Positions 48,401 through 58,326 of a stretch of DNA of 64,000 nt are shown here, piece by piece. The stretch's first letter is position 1; every line of letters begins with the position of its first letter. Source of the DNA: Rebecca billardiae RCC1528 (Eukaryota > Protista > Haptophyta); the NCBI GenBank assembly GCA_965240325.2, contig OZ251222.1, positions 3,968,001 to 4,032,000 on the forward strand, in the 5' to 3' direction. The notes beneath the pieces were generated by a model. It was not told the origin of the DNA. It saw only the letters and a program-made list of their open reading frames with translations, and did not search any database. A program made the translations under genes and the position numbers.

Positions 48401-49200
48401 AGGATGGCGCGGGCGAGGGCGCGCCGCGCCGCCTGCCCCAGAGCCGCTTTGTCGGCCGCGGCCGCGTGCTCGACGACGACAGTGACGGGGATAGTGACGG
48501 CGAGCCCGCCGCCCCCCGCTCGCACGTGCCGGCCTCGCCTCCCACGCACGCTGCCCCGCCCTGGAGCGACGAGCGCAGCGGCGGCTCGCGCGACGACGGC
48601 CTCGGCCCCAGCCTGGGCTCCATCGACGTGGACGCGCCCCTCCCGTGCACGCGCTGCGGTGAGATGGTGCCGCCGGACCCGATGGCACAGGCGGCGCACG
48701 AGGCGGCGTGCGACCGGCGCGCTGCCGTGCGCGCGTCGATCGGCGGCGGCAGCACGCGCTCCCCGTTCGCACGGCGCACCTCGGCGGCGGGCCTCGGAGC
48801 GCGCGCGCGCGCGCCGCCCGTCTGCGTGGACGACGAGATCGAGGAGCAGTCGTCCCACTCGGACGACGTGGAGGAGTCGGGCTCGCCGCTGCCGCCGCCG
48901 CCCAAGCTGGTCGGGGACTACCCGTTCAAGCCGGTGGCGGAGCTGCAGGCGATGAACGTGCGCGGCGGGCTCGACTGGCTCGCGCAGTTCGGCGGTATCG
49001 CCGCTGCCGGTGGCGCGGGTGGAGCGACTGGCGGCGCGCATGGCGCGGCCGCGCCGACTGGCGCGGCCAGACGAAAGCAGGCGACGCCGCGCGGACTGCC
49101 CAAGCCCAAGCCCAAGGCGCAGCGCGCCAAGCGCGGTGGCGGCGGCAAGCGTGGTGGCGGCGGCAAGCGCGCCCGCTTCTTCCGCAACAGGCGTCGCTGA
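45493..49200 (+). CDS. Large disordered nuclear protein with SIM-like motifs and a UBZ-type zinc finger
   Basis: 1235-aa ORF containing VDIDLCTSEDE, IGLVLDDDDDD, VLDDDSDGDSD and VCVDDEIEE, plus CTRC-x12-HEAAC at ~48646-48712 and a K/R-rich C-terminus. Confidence 0.7.
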   Translation: MAGMAAPRLSADEAEWLADVLGQMESSVTAGDSTLLRRQHRQLTRLRPKLEGERDEASPDDVTHGTATATLAVLERMDAVVRAADEQARASAHADDVSAARRESSSLAAREPPEAAQAGGAAHAEHASEALDESEAAPAAPSTPEVLAPQTQDGSEPLLDLACALAPPPLAAQDSARAGATCPVLAPGTPPSPAEWPRRSTAARSPGSDDAGEQARLDAARSAAHTHPSALGLPRDRHRRLSVHEHRCALLPARLARADEEVGSQEDLLPPPPLSPESAALPFRGAGSAQPRQASPRASPRRQGATPPSAARPAPRAAEQSLPAARPAPLSPVAPFPSLEWAAARRPPDLVTGTGAPQPTSARPSAWRGGEEPAAWRGADALPAPAEADGAAASARAAPSAHTPIAAGDVPGERGARSTADRAERPSARRSKLSLKHRRRTETPPQPAAAPPLAGGAGPLLVRGLPGTARGPEPAGLLGESPPARATGVPGAAARLAAASPTAAGSSSPLPADSPQADRPDRPLFAPTPPSAQPRSRQPWGAAAAAAHARFSANDAAMRAAACPAAVEPAPAPPTLLAAASFEAPPLQASPLAARPVAAERPREARAEPPRGPLDPAVPPRGPITFLKADLGGSSSDSSSEDPLPGKRAPPPTLPLERAHVAGSTQRPRAAARVSSSPDAHAARAADGGTAGPAEAGADGSPGPAWRQVHEAQRGARSPRADPWPAAGAGGGGAPRAGYTFGACCGARTFAPCASGGGSGCRAAADESPAGRFTRSPSEPPRSTPRPASAHARPLLEPSAQHAKRRRLAGTSERAAGWAGLGEAEAEAEEQAGTGHGHGRGASMPTAAPWPSLEPRAGEATARTARAGAAYPAEPAISLLPDSGPGRPSPRGGAAHAPLQRGSRANSVDIDLCTSEDEQREHTAPDASPPRHLDAGGTAAGSQGRRRSRFIGLVLDDDDDDSAGGGAAREDGAGEGAPRRLPQSRFVGRGRVLDDDSDGDSDGEPAAPRSHVPASPPTHAAPPWSDERSGGSRDDGLGPSLGSIDVDAPLPCTRCGEMVPPDPMAQAAHEAACDRRAAVRASIGGGSTRSPFARRTSAAGLGARARAPPVCVDDEIEEQSSHSDDVEESGSPLPPPPKLVGDYPFKPVAELQAMNVRGGLDWLAQFGGIAAAGGAGGATGGAHGAAAPTGAARRKQATPRGLPKPKPKAQRAKRGGGGKRGGGGKRARFFRNRRR

Positions 49201-50552
49201 GCGGATCGCGCTGTGCACAACTCGCGCTGGCTTCTTCCCGCAGACCGTCACGCAACGCTGCCAACAGGCGGCGTGTCGCGCGCTGAGCCGTGAGCCGATA
49301 CTACTCACCCCGACACTACTTTGAACGACTCTGTTGCGCTCCACGCAACAATATTGCTGCAGGCGTGTTGGTGCTGACTGACGATCCCCGGATGACTCCG
49401 GAGGTGCGACGGAAAGAAATGGAACGTACTGGTGAGTGGTGGAATCAGAAGCGTCGTCGACTCGTCGACGACGACGACTCGCGAGCGTCGCGGGCGCGGA
49501 CCGTCGATGACGACGACTACTAAGTACTAGCTAAGAATACGACTATATATAGCTAGTTCGAGTGTACTCACTAGCTACTCACTAGCAGTACTCACTAGTA
49601 GGCGGGACAGTACTCGTAGACATCAGTCCGAGTGACAGACCGAGTCGTATACAGCGCGCTAGCAGCTACACGAGACTCGTCTCAGTGACGCGCCGACTCT
49701 CGCTCAACTGACGCTGATGTGATGAGATCGAGGACGAGGTTACGCGATCGCGCGCGCGCGCGAATTATCATGTCCCGTGTGGCGTGCGTGATGTGGCCCG
49801 GGCGTGTAGCGCGTCCAGACGGGCGGCTGTCGCCGTCGGCGTCGCCTGCGGAGTCGTCGTCTAGTCGCGCGCTTATTCGGATGCTCATGATTAGCAATAA
49901 TTATAAGTGCCCAGCGAGCAGTGACGTCAGACGAGTGCATCGTCATCACTCATCAGCATAGCACTTATTCGCTAGGTCGTTCATTATTAGCAGCATCGGC
50001 ACTCATAGCCAGTCGCAGTTATTAGATCATATTCGCGTAGCTCAAGCTGCCTCAGGCAGCAATCGCCATTCGCGATCGCTGGAGAGCCGGCCAGTCGGAG
50101 TGACCTGGTGGCTGGTCTGCTGTACTGCACCTGGCCACACTTCACTACCGGTACGCGATGATTGTACCCGTCATAATTCGAACATATATCAGTTTATTAG
50201 GTGTCTCGGTCAGCAGCAGGTGGTTTGAGGTTGGGTGGCCGGTGGGGTGGTGGTTGGTTGGGGGCTGGCCAGGGTAGGCTGGAGGCTTCGGCCGCCAGTC
50301 TGATCACTCGGAGCCCCTTATAAAGGGGAATTTACACTGATCTACAGTTTGTTGGAAGCGTCGCCATCATTCCCCATACACGGGCTCCCCCCGGACGCGC
50401 GAGGCTCCGGACTCACGCACAGGCTGTAGGCGGAGGCTTTTTGCTCCCACCGAAACACGGCGCGCGAAAAAAGTTGGCGGACCACGTCCACGGCCGTCGT
50501 CGTCGTCTTCCGGTCGTCGCAGTTCATCGCCAACCACATGTGCATTGACGGC

Positions 50553-51423
50553 ATGCAAGCCACATCCCGACGCGCTGCTCAATGGGGCCTGAAGACAAGC
50601 ACGCTCTTGGCTCTCGTGGGCCTCTCCTCCGCTGGCGAGTCGCCAGCTACGAGCGCGGCCACCATCTCGTTCGCTTCGCTCGCAGAAGGGCTCGGCGCGT
50701 GCGGCACATGGCTCGAGGGCACCAAAGTGACCATTCCTGGCGTCGAGGCGGCTCACTTTGTGTGCGAAGGTGGCAGCTCAGTGCGCACTTTCCCGGCCTC
50801 TGAGATCGACTTCGTCACTCGCAACGCATGCAAGCAATGGTGCTCTAGCAACCAGCCGGCCGATGAGATGGGCAGCAGTTGCTGCCAGCTGCGCATCTCG
50901 CCAAATGGGGATGAGTGCACGTGGACCAATGGGCGGCCCACGCTGGCGCAGGTTGCCAACTTCAATGAGCACTCCGTCGCCATGGAGAGCTGTGCCGATG
51001 GCACCGCACCCCCTGCACAGTCCGCGGACACACCTGCTGCCGCGCGCTCGGTGGTGTCCGAGCTGCTGCGTGTGCAGATGCCGCAGGCCATGCAGGCGAG
51101 TGGACCGTACGAGTGCGCGCTTTGCGACTATGAACGCATTCAGACATCGCACTGCGCCGTTCTCTGCTCACAGGCTGCGTCCCGACCGCGGCTGACGCGT
51201 GCTGATGCTGCGCAGGTGCCCCGGCAACAAGAAACAGGATGCGATGAAGCTGGATGGCGATGGCCCCGGCCTGTGCTCGCAGATCTGCCTCCCCCATGCC
51301 TTCTGGGGTCCAGCAAAGAACAGTGGCGTCATCGAAGGCCATTGCTGGGAGCACGGCTTCACGCAGTTCAAGTACACCGCGTCGAACACAGGCGTGCACT
51401 ACAACGTGTACGCCGCTGCTTAG
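50553..51423 (+). CDS. Secreted cysteine-rich protein, function unknown
   Basis: Hydrophobic LLALVGLSSAG leader. Exons 50553-51112 and 51216-51423 (GT-AG, phase 2, giving SGPYE-CPGNKK). Cys pattern CKQWC...CCQL...CTW. Confidence 0.65.
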
Positions 51424-52045
51424 TCAGTGTGACGAATAGTCAGTGTGACGACGGCAGAAGGCATGGCGTGACACTATGACTACCTAGTACCTGTCGTTCA
51501 CGCTACCTCCTGCGCCACGCACTGGTGATACCTGATCCGAGTGAGAAAGAGCAGTGTATACCAGCAGCATTCCTATTTGGCTGTTGCAGATTAACAGTAA
51601 TAATTAATTTAGCAGCATAGTAGAGTACTAGAGTATAGCAGGCATTTTAGCTTCAGCAGCAGGCTTATTCGTAGGTGGCGCAGTCTCATCATCCAGAGCA
51701 GCTGGCAGCTAATCTCGCCACCTTAGTATGGCGTCGTCATTTCCGACAAATCGACAACGGTCCCGCAGACGGTCAGCTATAACTAGCAGCTACTGTCTGT
51801 AGTCTGCTGCTGATCATCATCATCATCGTATGATGCTAATTATGCTGATGATGTCGTCATCATCAAGTGGCATGATGACCGCTGTCCGGTCGCGATCCGA
51901 TCGGACATCACTGCCTTCGCATCAGTATGATGACGACTACGAATACGATGGCCCGGACGGAGCTGCGCAGCGAGGGTGGATCGCGCTATAGTTTACAAAG
52001 AACAAGAGGCGCACACAGCTCAGGCAGGCGAGATTGACGCAGGAC

Positions 52046-52220
52046 AGCAGCTCAAGCCGCACGTTCATGCGCTATTCATCGATTGCAGAGCCGGGTGGTG
52101 CTCTCACTGCTCTGCCGCCAACGCCGACTACGTGCTGTCGACGAGCGGGCACTGCCGCCGACGAACCATCAGGGGAACTGTGCCGATGACATCGTCATCG
52201 TCGAGTCATCGTCTGGTCTG
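52046..52220 (+). repeat. Dispersed diverged repeat, copy 2 (see 20410-20575)
   Basis: Collinear shared blocks with the reverse complement of 20410-20575. Confidence 0.65.
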
Positions 52221-52433
52221 ATCTGCAGAGTCAGCAGTCGCGCGGGGCCTCGGAGCAGCAGGAATCCGGCCGTGCGCGTGGCGCACGTTCTGCCGCGGCC
52301 TGACGCCACGCCGTATGCTCATATCGTGATCTGCTGCTGATGCTCATCTGATGAGTGTGATCACTACCAGCAGCTATTGTGCGCCGCATAGCTAATACTG
52401 CGTACGGTTTACGTACTTCAGTACGTAGCTAGT

Positions 52434-52642
<209 letters not shown>

Positions 52643-52762
52643 CGACGTGGTATGCAACGGGCAGGCGTCAGAGTCAGCATATATATATATATATATATAT
52701 ATATACGCGTCGTCAAGTGACAATATATGTCACGCGCGCGGTGCGTGCGCACATATATATAT

Positions 52763-54493
52763 GTGGGGTTATTGGTACAATAACTGATTGTCTAAGAGGA
52801 CGACAAGAACGCCGGGCGCCAGCGCCGCTCATCAGCCACATCGCCCTCTACCAGACCATCGCCTCAAAGCGCTGCTCCCGGACAAACAGTCTGTCCGGGT
52901 TTGTCGCCGCGGAGATCTGCTGTTTCCGGCGCCCCCTGGCTGCTTCGCCAGGCGCGGGCGCGCGAGATGGCTGCAGCCGGGCTCGTGGCCCTGCGTCGCC
53001 GGCGGCGGCGGCTCGCACGCGGGTGGCGCGTCGCGTGCACCGACCAACATCTTTCGGCAACTCAGCGGTAAGCAACGCTCCGCATCGCGCCCCCTCGCGC
53101 TTCGGGCCACCGCCTCTTCTCTCTCTGCGTGCGTGCGCACTTTGTCTCTTCCGCACCCCCGATCGCCACCGTTCCCTCTTCGCCACATGCCTCCTCCTCC
53201 GTGGGTGCGCCCCCACGCGGATCGCTGCTCCATCTCTCCCGCCCTGCCTCGGGATCGCCCCGGTGCCAACGCCAGCCGGCTCCTACACAAGGACCGCTGG
53301 CGGCACACCGCGCGCCGGGCCCCGTGCGCACCCGCGGGCCATTCACAGCATCCGCAAAGGCCGTCTAGCCTTCTCCTGCTTCCGCAGCGCCGTGCCCGCG
53401 GGGCGGGCTGCCTGCTATCTCTCCTCTTCGGGTTCCATCTCACTCGCACTGCCCCACCTGCCCAGCCCCCGCTGGCCGGCCCTCGTGCGTGCGCGACTCA
53501 CACGTGCCTTGCCCCTTTCCTTCCCATCACTCAATGGGATTTCTCCTCCACGCGGTGCTCCCCAACACACCATGAAACGGGATCACTCACGCACCGCGTC
53601 TCGTCGACGGCGAGCGGCATGCCCACCGCATCTGCTGCCGCTCGCCAAGGCATGAGGACACGTAAATCCCACTGAGTAGGAACACACGCAGCCGCCTCGG
53701 CATCGACATGCCAGGCGGCGTGCCCACCTTCGGCCAGCAGTTGGCGTCGGCGTTCACGAGGACGGCTAGACGTGGGGTTATTGGTACAATAACTGATTGT
53801 CTAAGAGGACGACAAGAACGCCGGGCGCCAGCGCCGCTCATCAGCCACATCGCCCTCTACCAGACCATCGCCTCAAAGCGCTGCTCCCGGACAAACAGTC
53901 TGTCCGGGTTTGTCGCCGCGGAGATCTGCTGTTTCCGGCGCCCCCTGGCTGCTTCGCCAGGCGCGGGCGCGCGAGATGGCTGCAGCCGGGCTCGTGGCCC
54001 TGCGTCGCCGGCGGCGGCGGCTCGCACGCGGGTGGCGCGTCGCGTGCACCGACCAACATCTTTCGGCAACCCGCCCACCCAGGGCCCGTTGGTCTGGTGC
54101 TCGGGCGGCGGGACCACAACACCCGCCGTCCGACCGCCCGGTCCTGCGGCGCTGCACTTAGGGCTCATGTGACCCCCTGCCTCCCAACACGATTGGGTTT
54201 TTCAGGTTAGGTCCCCAGCAGTGCTGCTCCCGGGCGGTCAGGTGGAGGTTCAGTCGACGAGTCCGCAGGCGCTCAGCCTTCCGTCAGCGGACGTCCGCGC
54301 GGGATCACTCACGCACCGCGTCTCGTCGACGGCGAGCGGCATGCCCACCGCATCTGCTGCCGCTCGCCAAGGCATGAGGACACGTAAATCCCACTGAGTA
54401 GGAACACACGCAGCCGCCTCGGCATCGACATGCCAGGCGGCGTGCCCACCTTCGGCCAGCAGTTGGCGTCGGCGTTCACGAGGACGGCTAGAC
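52763..54493 (+). mobile_element. Non-autonomous split-direct-repeat element (A-X-B-A-Y-B), TOC1/PAT/Ngaro-like tyrosine-recombinase retroelement architecture
   Basis: A1 52763-53061 = A2 53772-54070 (299 bp). B1 53578-53771 = B2 54300-54493 (194 bp). B1 abuts A2 with no spacer. (AT)n flanks both outer ends. No RT, RNase H or YR motifs. Confidence 0.75.
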
Positions 54494-54528
54494 ATATATA
54501 TATCTTATAGTTATGTAACTCTGTTCAC

Positions 54529-54897
54529 GGCTCCGGCTTCGGTTGACCCCCCTAAGTCCGGTCACTGGTGACTGGAGCGTCATATCTTTACTGTTTACAT
54601 GATGGAGATCGGCGGGATCGCCGCCTCTGATGATCTATACTCGCTCCTAGACCATCCCGGGCGGTCCCTTCACCTTGGACGATATGACGATTGACGGCCA
54701 GGTTGATCATCATCAGCCAATAAACCTCCAAATACCAATATATATGTTATTCAGACTGAGCTATTTTCTAACTATACCTAACTACCCAGTCTGGGTGCCA
54801 TTTGCGCATATATGCACATTGGTGTCCGGATGGCGGATCACTCCCGGAACTGTAGTGTCACTGTGCTGACGAAACCTGACGGTGAGGGACGGGTACT

Positions 54898-54933
<36 letters not shown>

Positions 54934-55222
54934 CATTAATAAATAGAGTCTGAACCTGTATTGGGAGGTACGACTACGTGGTCTATAGCTGACGTCGTCT
55001 CTCACTAGCTCTGACTAATGCCGCCGATTTCTCGTATAGTTGAAGTAGTATAGTCATATCATCGATCGTCATCATCAATTGCTGGTCGGAACTCGGAAGG
55101 GACTCGGCTGCATCGCATATGCTCGATATGGTCCGCGCTTGGTTGACTTCAGCTCAGGGCCAAGACGAGTATTAACCTCGTCCCTTCAGTATACTTACGG
55201 GGGTCAACCGGGAGCTGGAGCC
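54529..55222. mobile_element. Possible old TIR element (~690 bp, imperfect ~30-bp inverted repeats) containing a (TA)n tract
   Basis: GGCTCCGGCTTCGGTTGACCCCCCTAAGT (54529-54557) versus the reverse complement of 55193-55222, GGCTCCAGCTCCCGGTTGACCCCCGTAAGT. No clear TSD. Confidence 0.45.
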
Positions 55223-55253
55223 TCACGCGTCAGGGCTTTCGGGCGCGACGGTC

Positions 55254-56984
55254 TCATCGCTGCCTCGGTGAGCGCGGCCCGGTGCCTGCCGTCGGTGCAG
55301 CATCCCATCCGCGAGGCTGCCGCGGGCCCTGCCGTGGACCCTGGCCCTGCCGCGTGCTTCGGGCCGCACTTGCGCTTGGCTCCCGCTTTGCGGGGCGCGG
55401 CTGCGCGGCCTGACCTCCTGTGGCTCCCCACGCTGACGAGGATGGGGGGCGTCGGGTCTGCCGGCGAAGCGGTGGCTCCTTCGCGGGGTCGACCACATGC
55501 ACCGCCCTTCGCTGCTTCTTGATCTTGCCCGCGCGGAGCGCCTCGCACGCCGCGCGCGCCGCCTCGCGCGGCACGCCCACGTACGCGTCGCGCGCGAAGA
55601 TCTCGATGCGGCCCACGTCCTCGCCACGCAGCGGGGTGAGCGCGGTGAGGGCGCCGAGCACGTCGCCACGGCTGAGCTTGTCGCGCTTGCCTCCGCTCAC
55701 ATGCAGCACGCTCCACTCCGGCGGAGGCAGCGCCACGGGCCGATCCGCCAGCGCCGGCGGCTCCTGCCATTGAATGTCGCGGCCTGCAGCAGCCGCCCAC
55801 GTCTGCAGCGCGCGCTCCTCGTCTGCTGCGCCGCACAGCGAGAGGCACAGGCCGGGAGAGCCGGCGCGGCCCGCGCGGCCCGCGCGATGAACAAAGGCCA
55901 CGCCGTCCCACACGGGCGGCAGCTCGGCGTTGAGCACAAAGTCGAGCCCGTCCACGTCGAGGCCGCGCGCGCCCAGGTCAGTCGCGACGAGTGCGTGCAC
56001 CGCGCGCTGCCGCAGCAGCAGCAGCGCCTGCTCGCGGCTGCGCTGCTCGAGCTCGCCGCTGAGCAGCGCGACGACGAGCCCCGCAGGGTGCGCGCGGAGG
56101 TGGGACCATGTCTGCTGCGCCGAGGCGCGCGTGTTGCAGAACACAAGCCCGCTCGCGCCGTCGGCCGCCGAGCAGAGCCGCGTGAGCAGCGCTCCCACCG
56201 CCTCCAGCCGCTGCGGCCCAGGGCCCTCGCGTGCGTCCGGGCCTCGCGGCGTCCCGAGGGCGGCGCGCACGCCCACGAGCTCGAGCGACTCCGGGAGCGT
56301 CCCCGCGTCTTGGTCCGCGCCCAGCTGCACGCGCTCCGGCGAGTCCATCTCCTCCTCCACCAGCTGCAGCACCGCGGACGGCATCGTCGCGCTGAAGAGC
56401 ACCCGCTGCTCAGGCGCGCACCGGTCGAGCACCTCTGCCACCTCCTCGTAGAAGCCGAGCTCGAGCAGACGGTCAGCCTCGTCGAGGACGGCGATGGGGA
56501 GCGCCGAGGCATCGAGGTGCCCGGCGGCCAGGTGGTCCAGCAGGCGCCCGGGGGTCGCCACCAGCACGTGCGGTGGCTCGCGCAGCGACGCCGCCTCTGC
56601 GGTGCGGCTCGTGCCGCCGTACACGCAGCCCACGCGCACGCCCGGAGCGCCCTCGGCCGCGAGCTCCTTGATGACGCCCGTCACCTGCACGCAGAGCTCC
56701 CGCGTGGGCGTGATCACAATCGCGACCACGCCAGGCTCCACGGCCGCCGTGGCGCGCTGCAGCAACGGCAGCGCGTAAGCGCCCGACTTGCCGCTGCCCG
56801 TCTCAGCCTGACCGACCACATCGCGCCCGCGCAGAATGACCGGCACGCACGCACGCTGGATGGCCGTCGGCGCGACCCAGCCAAGCCTCGCAGGCGCACG
56901 CGCCATGCCCTCGCACAGCCCCAGCTCCGCCCAGGGGGAGCTGCCAAGACCCATGAGCGACGTGGCGACGACGACGACCGCCAT
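55254..56984 (-). CDS. dbpA: DEAD-box RNA helicase with C-terminal DbpA RNA-binding domain (bacterial DbpA-like)
   Basis: Q motif PTAIQ, motif I AETGSGKS, Ia PTRELCVQ, Ib TPGRLLDH, DEAD, SAT, V ATDLGARGLDV and VI HRAGRAGRAG. C-terminal SGGKRDKLSRGDVLGAL...DVGRIEIF...YVGV...LRAGKIK. Intronless. Confidence 0.85.
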   Translation of the reverse strand: MAVVVVATSLMGLGSSPWAELGLCEGMARAPARLGWVAPTAIQRACVPVILRGRDVVGQAETGSGKSGAYALPLLQRATAAVEPGVVAIVITPTRELCVQVTGVIKELAAEGAPGVRVGCVYGGTSRTAEAASLREPPHVLVATPGRLLDHLAAGHLDASALPIAVLDEADRLLELGFYEEVAEVLDRCAPEQRVLFSATMPSAVLQLVEEEMDSPERVQLGADQDAGTLPESLELVGVRAALGTPRGPDAREGPGPQRLEAVGALLTRLCSAADGASGLVFCNTRASAQQTWSHLRAHPAGLVVALLSGELEQRSREQALLLLRQRAVHALVATDLGARGLDVDGLDFVLNAELPPVWDGVAFVHRAGRAGRAGSPGLCLSLCGAADEERALQTWAAAAGRDIQWQEPPALADRPVALPPPEWSVLHVSGGKRDKLSRGDVLGALTALTPLRGEDVGRIEIFARDAYVGVPREAARAACEALRAGKIKKQRRAVHVVDPAKEPPLRRQTRRPPSSSAWGATGGQAAQPRPAKREPSASAARSTRQGQGPRQGPRQPRGWDAAPTAGTGPRSPRQR

Positions 56985-57165
56985 CGTTTCGCTGTATTTT
57001 GATCGGAGTGACGGAGTCTGGACACGCTCCACATCACGCATTACTCAGTACAGCTCAGGCAGCAGGCGAGATTACGACTGCCGTTTCGTCATCACTGTCG
57101 TACGGCGGCAGTACGTACAGTATGTCACACTCAGAGTTGGCGTCACCTGGTATTAGCTCATAAGC

Positions 57166-58326
57166 TCATTGCTGGCGGCGCCGGCCGATAGTCGTTCGCT
57201 GCTGAAGCTCGTTGCTCCACGGGTCAAACACGGGCTCGTCGGCGCATGCGACGCGCAGCATCTTCCGCAGCATCATGTGCCGCACGGTCAGGTCGAAGCC
57301 GCCAATCGGCATCTGCTCCATCATGCCTGCGATCGCCCCCGCGCGCGAGCTGTGCAGCAGCAACGACGCACACCCCCACGAGAAGGGCACGCGCAGCGGC
57401 TCGCCGTGCTTGCGCCACAACGCTTGCGTCGCCGCGACGCGCAGGTGCTCGTCGCGAGCATACAGAGCGAAGGGTGGCCGGTCGTGTGCCGCCAGAGCTG
57501 CGCTCCCAAACCCCGCATGACCGCGTGTCGGCATCGGCCCGTTCGCGCGGGCATGCGCAGCACCGCCCGCCGTGGCGTTGAGCATCTGGCCGAAGCGCTT
57601 CGCAGCCTGCGTTGCATCCCGCACGTTGCGCTCGCTGGACGAGTCGAGTTTTGCCACGTCCCAGCTGAGCGCCGGGTGCCGCTCGTGGAACGCGCAGTAG
57701 CGCGTGCGCCACTCGCCGACCGGCGCGGTGTCGTCCTCGAGCAGCAGCACAAACCCCCCGCCCACGCCAAACATGCCGAGGTTGTGCGCGACCGCGATGC
57801 GCGTGAGCGCGCGGTGGTGGCTGAGGAAGTTGGCAACGAAGCCGTCACACGGCTTACTGCCGTTTGACCACCCTCTCGCCTCGCCGTCCACGACGATCGG
57901 CCCGTACTGCGACTTGTGCGTGCAGTTGCCCATGGCGACGTCATACATGAAGCAGCAGAGCGCGTGCTTGCAGGATGGCTTCTTGGCCAGGCCTCGGCAG
58001 CGCGACTGCCGGAGCACCATTGCAAGCTGGTGGCTGTGTCGATCGCCCGCGATCAAGCGCGCGCGGAACCCGCCCGGCGGCGGCCTGATGGCCGGCACGC
58101 GCACGGCTCGGATGCCTGCAGCCTTCAGCCGCTCGCTCATGAACACGTGCCGCTCGGGATCGGCGCTGATGTAGTACGCCGCGGCTGGATATGGCACGCC
58201 GACGGCACAGCCGTTCGCCTTACCGCTCGGCGGCAGCGCATGAGCCAGCCGGGGCCCCACGGCCAGACATTGCCAGAGCAAGCAGATGTGTACACCCGCC
58301 CGTCCCGGTCGGCGAGCGGCAGCCAT
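57166..58326 (-). CDS. Glycosyltransferase family 25-like protein with signal anchor
   Basis: YYISADPERHVFMSERL...RVPAI, FLSHHRALTRI and VLLLEDD motifs, with an N-terminal hydrophobic segment. Confidence 0.7.
   Translation of the reverse strand: MAAARRPGRAGVHICLLWQCLAVGPRLAHALPPSGKANGCAVGVPYPAAAYYISADPERHVFMSERLKAAGIRAVRVPAIRPPPGGFRARLIAGDRHSHQLAMVLRQSRCRGLAKKPSCKHALCCFMYDVAMGNCTHKSQYGPIVVDGEARGWSNGSKPCDGFVANFLSHHRALTRIAVAHNLGMFGVGGGFVLLLEDDTAPVGEWRTRYCAFHERHPALSWDVAKLDSSSERNVRDATQAAKRFGQMLNATAGGAAHARANGPMPTRGHAGFGSAALAAHDRPPFALYARDEHLRVAATQALWRKHGEPLRVPFSWGCASLLLHSSRAGAIAGMMEQMPIGGFDLTVRHMMLRKMLRVACADEPVFDPWSNELQQRTTIGRRRQQ

Noticed and set aside
52763-54070. A1...A2 as a classical LTR/TRIM pair
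   Set aside because: No TG...CA ends, PBS/PPT or 4-6-bp TSD around A1-A2, and it leaves the second B copy unexplained.
52717-54210. ORFs within the split-repeat element as gag/RT/recombinase
   Set aside because: No YxDD, RNase H or R-H-R-Y motifs and no coding-type codon bias.
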